Assembly (NCBI GenBank): GCA_033763455.1
Contig: JANRKO010000007.1
Location: forward strand, 1 to 64,000
Direction of reading: 5' to 3'
Length of the DNA stretch: 64,000 nt
From: Polyangiaceae bacterium
Lineage (GTDB): Bacteria; Myxococcota_A; Polyangia; Polyangiales; Polyangiaceae
The translations under genes and the position numbers were made by a program. Positions 59,964 to 64,000 of this stretch are shown one piece after another. How positions within the stretch are numbered: position 1 is the stretch's first letter; the number at the start of each line of letters is the position of its first letter. A model generated the notes under the pieces. It saw only the letters and a list, made by a program, of their open reading frames with translations, was not told where the DNA came from and did no database searches.

Positions 59964-60850
59964 GGCAACCTATATTTCGCTATCGGGTGGAGGAGAGTGA
60001 GGCTCTGCTCTCGGCAATCCTAGATGCTTCGGGCCACAGCTCCGCACTCGCTGAAGGCCGCGTTTTCGTGGATCGAGTGCGTGCCGCGCATGAAATGAAG
60101 CTTGTGCCCGGACAACTGGTGGAGGTGTACGCGCCCATGGTGGCGACCGAGCAGCCCGAAATCCTGGCGCGCCGCGGGGGCATTGTGGCCGTTGGAAAAC
60201 CCCCGGGCTGGAGCACCGAGCCGGATCGCGCGGGCGACCAAAGCGTGGTGGTGTGGCTGGCGGAAAAGCTGGGCCTCACGCGCGCCCAGGTGTTCGCTGG
60301 TTCTCGGCTAGATGCACCGGTGAGTGGCGTGCTCCTGTTGGCGGTAGACTCAAAAGCCACTCAGCTTTTGGCGCGGGGCAAAGAACAACAGCGCTTGCGT
60401 CGCGTGTACCTGGCGCTTGTTCAAGGCAAGCCACCGGCGAGTGAAGGTAGTTGGAAGTTCCCAGTCCATCAAAAATCCGCCCATTCTCAATACCAACTGC
60501 TAAAGACGCTACCCGTGCCATCTTTGCGCCATGCGCGGGCCGAACACGAATCCGCCGTGTCGCTGCTCCGCCTCTCGCCCGTTACGGGGCGCAAACACCA
60601 ACTGCGTCTGCACGCTGCACACGCTAAAATGCCCATTTGGGGAGACGTGCGGAACGGCGGCGCCCGGCGCTTCACGTTGGCAAATGGTGAGGTGCACGAA
60701 CTTGGCCGCCTGATGTTGCATGCACGGAGCGTCACCCTTGTGTTGGAACACGGGGAGGTTTTCCAAGTAGAGGCGTCAATTCCTCCGGACATGCAGCGAG
60801 CGTGGAGCCGCTTGGGTGGTTTTGAACAGGATTTTCTGAAAGAGTCCTGA
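59957..60850 (+). CDS. RluA-family RNA pseudouridine synthase
   Basis: KPPG; SRLDAPVSG with catalytic Asp; TGRKHQLRLH; PIWGD; LMLHA. Confidence 0.9.
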   Translation: MVRQPIFRYRVEESEALLSAILDASGHSSALAEGRVFVDRVRAAHEMKLVPGQLVEVYAPMVATEQPEILARRGGIVAVGKPPGWSTEPDRAGDQSVVVWLAEKLGLTRAQVFAGSRLDAPVSGVLLLAVDSKATQLLARGKEQQRLRRVYLALVQGKPPASEGSWKFPVHQKSAHSQYQLLKTLPVPSLRHARAEHESAVSLLRLSPVTGRKHQLRLHAAHAKMPIWGDVRNGGARRFTLANGEVHELGRLMLHARSVTLVLEHGEVFQVEASIPPDMQRAWSRLGGFEQDFLKES

Positions 60851-60855
60851 AAAGA

Positions 60856-61503
60856 ATGCTCGCCAATCAAGGTAAGTGGCTTCGCCAGAGGGTCGCATTC
60901 GCGGTCGGAACGCTGCGTTCTGGCGGCGTGTTACTGATAGCGCTTCTTGGCGCCTGTAGTGGGCCGGTCCAAGCGCGCGGCGCCGGGTTCTCCATGCCCG
61001 TCAGCTTTGCCGAGGGACACAACGAGCAGGCACAGGCGGCCTCAGCGGGCGCAGCGAATGCGCCGAACGGCGCCGCGCCGAAAAAGGTGAAAAAAGATCA
61101 TGGAGGCCCGCCGGACCCCCCGCCATTGGTCACCGCACATTATCTGCGCTACCGTATTCGTTATTCGAAGCGGGTGCCATCGATTGTTGACGTGCAAGCG
61201 TTAGAGCTCAAGCAGCCAGCTGCCGCGGAACGACGGTTGGGGCGTTTCGCGATTGAGCTTTGGATCGGCAAAGAGTTGGTGGAACGGGTGCGTTTTGATT
61301 TTCCGCTTTTGGTTGAAGATCCAAGTGCGGATAACGAAGCGCCGTTTGAGCAGGGCGCCACGGTCGAGCAGAGCGTGCTTTTGCCGAGGAGCGATCGGGC
61401 CACCCGTGCCTTGTTGGTGGAGCGGTCCGGTCGCAGCTGGGCCCTGCCGTGGCCACCCGAGCGGCTGCCTAGCGGCCCGCAGGATTTGACCGAACTCCGC
61501 TAG
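60856..61503 (+). CDS. Hypothetical lipoprotein
   Basis: LGAC lipobox; GRFAIELWIGKELVERVRFDFPLL. Confidence 0.65.
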   Translation: MLANQGKWLRQRVAFAVGTLRSGGVLLIALLGACSGPVQARGAGFSMPVSFAEGHNEQAQAASAGAANAPNGAAPKKVKKDHGGPPDPPPLVTAHYLRYRIRYSKRVPSIVDVQALELKQPAAAERRLGRFAIELWIGKELVERVRFDFPLLVEDPSADNEAPFEQGATVEQSVLLPRSDRATRALLVERSGRSWALPWPPERLPSGPQDLTELR

Positions 61504-61633
61504 GTAGTTCGCCAGACCCGAGAGATCTGCCATGGGTCGGCCCGAGGGATCTGGCGTGGACTGCCCTTCGGAAGAGGCCTTTATTACCCCCGGTAGCCGA
61601 GGGGGCTCTGAGTGTGCGACGCTTCTACTCAAG

Positions 61634-63445
61634 ATGAAGTGTGAGTCGTGCAGCAACGATAATGTTCTTGGGGCCCGCTATTGTGCAACCTGTGGTGCGC
61701 TGCTTCCGGTCGAAACGTCGCACAACGACGATCCGTTGATTGGCAAGCTCCTTGGGGGAAGGTTCCGGGTGCGCCGCGTCTTAGGCGAAGGCGGGATGGG
61801 CGTTGTCTACGAAGGCGAGCAACAGATGGGCTCGACCGTACGCAAGGTGGCGATCAAGACTCTGCACCTCCACCTATCCAAAGATCCGTCCATCATGGCG
61901 CGCTTCCACCGCGAATGCGGCACGGTGGCGCAGCTAGAGCACCCGAACACCATCAAGTTTTACGACTTTGGCACGACGGACGATGGCGCCCTCTACATCG
62001 CGATGGAATTCGTGGACGGCCACGCGTTGAGCGCGGTGATTGAAAAAGAAGGAGCCCTCCGTCCAGATCGCGTGATTAAGATCATGCGTCAGGTTTGTGG
62101 TGCACTGGATGAGGCGCACCAACAAGGGATTATTCACCGCGATTTGAAGCCTGAAAATGTGGTGCTCACCAACCGCGCGGGCGAGACGGACTTTGTAAAG
62201 GTTTTAGACTTTGGCATCGCGGGGCGCACCGAATCCGCCGACGCGGCCAAGGAGCAGAAGCTCACTCAGCAGGGGATGGTGCTTGGAACCCCCCCTTACA
62301 TGAGCCCGGAGCAATTTACCGGCAAAGCGCTCGATGCGCGCAGCGACATCTATTCTCTGGGCGTGATGACTTACGAGATGATCACGGGTCGATTGCCCTT
62401 TGACGCCACAACTCCGTGGGAGTGGGCCACACAGCACATGACGGTGCAGCCTCGGCCCCTTGAAGCCACGCCTGCGGCCCAAAAACTTCCCGAGAATATG
62501 CGGAGCGCCATCATGCGCGCACTCTCCAAAGATCCAGCGCATCGGCCCGATACTGCGCGGCAGTTTTTCGCGGAACTTTCCGGTGGTGAACGCATGACGG
62601 TGGTGGACCCGGGCGTTGCCGCACAGGCCATCAGTGGAACGGCTCAAATGGACGCTGTTCCTAGCTTCCCCTCAGGTGTTAACTTCGCACCGTCCGCGAA
62701 TGTGGCGGCTCCCCCAGCCGTGGCGGTTCCTGGTTACGCTGCAGCGCCAGGAGGTGGTGTGCCGGGGTATTCGGGCGCACGAATTCCTGCGGCCACTCCC
62801 CCTGCAGTGTCCCACGCGCATCCGGGAACGCCCGAACGCGGTGGAAGCGGCAAGGGTTTGATTTTTGGTCTCGTTGGCGTAGCAGGGGTGATTCTAGTCG
62901 CTATCGTGATGATTCTGGCGCGCTCCTCGAAGCCGGACGATCAGCAGTTATCCTTGGTGGATCCGAATGCCGCCACAGGTTCCAAGGGCGGAGGAGCTGA
63001 GCTGAAGCCCATGGTGGATCCGAATGAGGCTACGCCCACGCCGCCGCCGGATGCGCCCCAGCCAACAGCCGCCACCGGCAAGCCCGCAAATACCAGCAAG
63101 CCACCCCCGGCTAGCACCGGGAAAACGCCGCCGAGCGCTTCCTCCGCACCGAGCGCGCCGGCCACCACCACTGCACCAACAACTGCCACGCCCCCGCCAG
63201 CGTCTGACGGTTGCGCAGCGTGTGTTGCGGCTGCAAGTTCTGGTAACCTGCAAGGAGCGGCTGTAGGTTTCGCGCGCTGCAGCGATGCGGGAAAGAAGCA
63301 AGCTTGCCAAGCCGCTGCTCGTGAGCAGCTCCGGCCAGCTTTGAGCTCGGGTGATTGCACGAAAACAAAAGCAGTGGTCGCTGCGGCGACGGCGATGGGC
63401 CTAGGCGGTTCACTTCTCGCGAAGGCTGCCGCGGCTTGTCCATAA
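61634..63445 (+). CDS. Membrane Ser/Thr protein kinase with N-terminal zinc ribbon
   Basis: CESC...CATCG; GEGGMG; VAIK; HRDLKPEN; DFG; YMSPE; TM; Pro/Thr linker; Cys-containing tail. Confidence 0.95.
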   Translation: MKCESCSNDNVLGARYCATCGALLPVETSHNDDPLIGKLLGGRFRVRRVLGEGGMGVVYEGEQQMGSTVRKVAIKTLHLHLSKDPSIMARFHRECGTVAQLEHPNTIKFYDFGTTDDGALYIAMEFVDGHALSAVIEKEGALRPDRVIKIMRQVCGALDEAHQQGIIHRDLKPENVVLTNRAGETDFVKVLDFGIAGRTESADAAKEQKLTQQGMVLGTPPYMSPEQFTGKALDARSDIYSLGVMTYEMITGRLPFDATTPWEWATQHMTVQPRPLEATPAAQKLPENMRSAIMRALSKDPAHRPDTARQFFAELSGGERMTVVDPGVAAQAISGTAQMDAVPSFPSGVNFAPSANVAAPPAVAVPGYAAAPGGGVPGYSGARIPAATPPAVSHAHPGTPERGGSGKGLIFGLVGVAGVILVAIVMILARSSKPDDQQLSLVDPNAATGSKGGGAELKPMVDPNEATPTPPPDAPQPTAATGKPANTSKPPPASTGKTPPSASSAPSAPATTTAPTTATPPPASDGCAACVAAASSGNLQGAAVGFARCSDAGKKQACQAAAREQLRPALSSGDCTKTKAVVAAATAMGLGGSLLAKAAAACP

Positions 63446-63736
63446 TTTGATTCGGCCAGCGCGGCCGCATTTGGCTCTTGCGTGGCTGGAAAACTGTCTC
63501 GTTCTGACCATGCGGTGAGAGGTTTGCAGACCACGAAACACACGTAGGTGAGCTGACGTTTTCAGCAAAAAATGCCTAGCATTCTGAGCTATGCCGCGCT
63601 CGGAGAATGCCAGGTTCGAGAGCTGCTGCAGGGTTACGCGCGTGCTCCGTTCTTGGGCATTGACACCCCGATGTTTCGGGGTGAATAGCCCCGCCTTTTC
63701 ACTTTTGAAACGCAACCGTTAGATCCAGATGCGCGC

Positions 63737-63766
63737 TTGACTCGAATCCAAAAGGGTCACTAGAGT
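63737..63766 (+). promoter_or_regulatory. Putative sigma-70 promoter
   Basis: TTGACT-18-TAGAGT upstream of the final ORF. Confidence 0.45.
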
Positions 63767-63860
63767 TTCCAACGAAGCGAACGAGACCCCGCTAGTTGTT
63801 CCGTTTATTCACCGTGCTAGGCAGGCCTCCGTTGCTAAGAACATGCCCCAAAGGATGTCG

Positions 63861-64000
63861 ATGAAAACCAGAATGACGTGGCCGGAACTTTGCCGCTCGG
63901 GTGAGTTCAAAGGGCTCTGGGTAGCTCTGGATAATTGCCGTTACGATCAGGCAACGCGCCAGCCCATTGAGGGGGATGTGGTGGATTCGGACGAGGAGCT
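63861..64000 (+). CDS. Hypothetical protein, N-terminal part (runs off window end)
   Basis: AAGGA then MKTRMTWPELCRSGEFKGLWVALDNCRYD...; open to the window end. Confidence 0.6.
   Translation, partial: MKTRMTWPELCRSGEFKGLWVALDNCRYDQATRQPIEGDVVDSDEE

Overview
A GC-rich bacterial chromosomal segment, most likely from Myxococcota (Polyangiaceae-like). This is inferred from a MYXO-CTERM-like tail, DUF4215/fibro-slime repeats, a DUF4423-type regulator, a TIGR02266-like PilZ domain, Ser/Thr kinases and a DmxA-like cyclase. The left 35 kb is accessory-rich. It holds the end of a CzcA/CusA pump gene, three type II toxin-antitoxin pairs, two paralogous purple-acid-phosphatase-like genes flanking a TMTC-like glycosyltransferase, and an IS91/ISCR remnant with an oriIS-like end. 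It also holds a pseudokinase, two atypical Hsp70s whose usual DUF2760 partner lies about 8.8 kb away, non-coding repeat arrays at that break point, and two lower Weimberg-pathway genes whose 3' ends are each triplicated. The right 29 kb is mostly core: cysE, NUDIX, NAD kinase, eno, phoH, a transpeptidase, ftsEX-envC, rhomboid, an RluA-family synthase and a Ser/Thr kinase. It also contains a 47-aa very basic ORF missed by the ORF track and a catalytically degenerate PEP-utiliser-like protein. I saw no tRNA, rRNA, CRISPR array, cas gene or reverse transcriptase. All family calls come from motif recognition by eye, not database searches.
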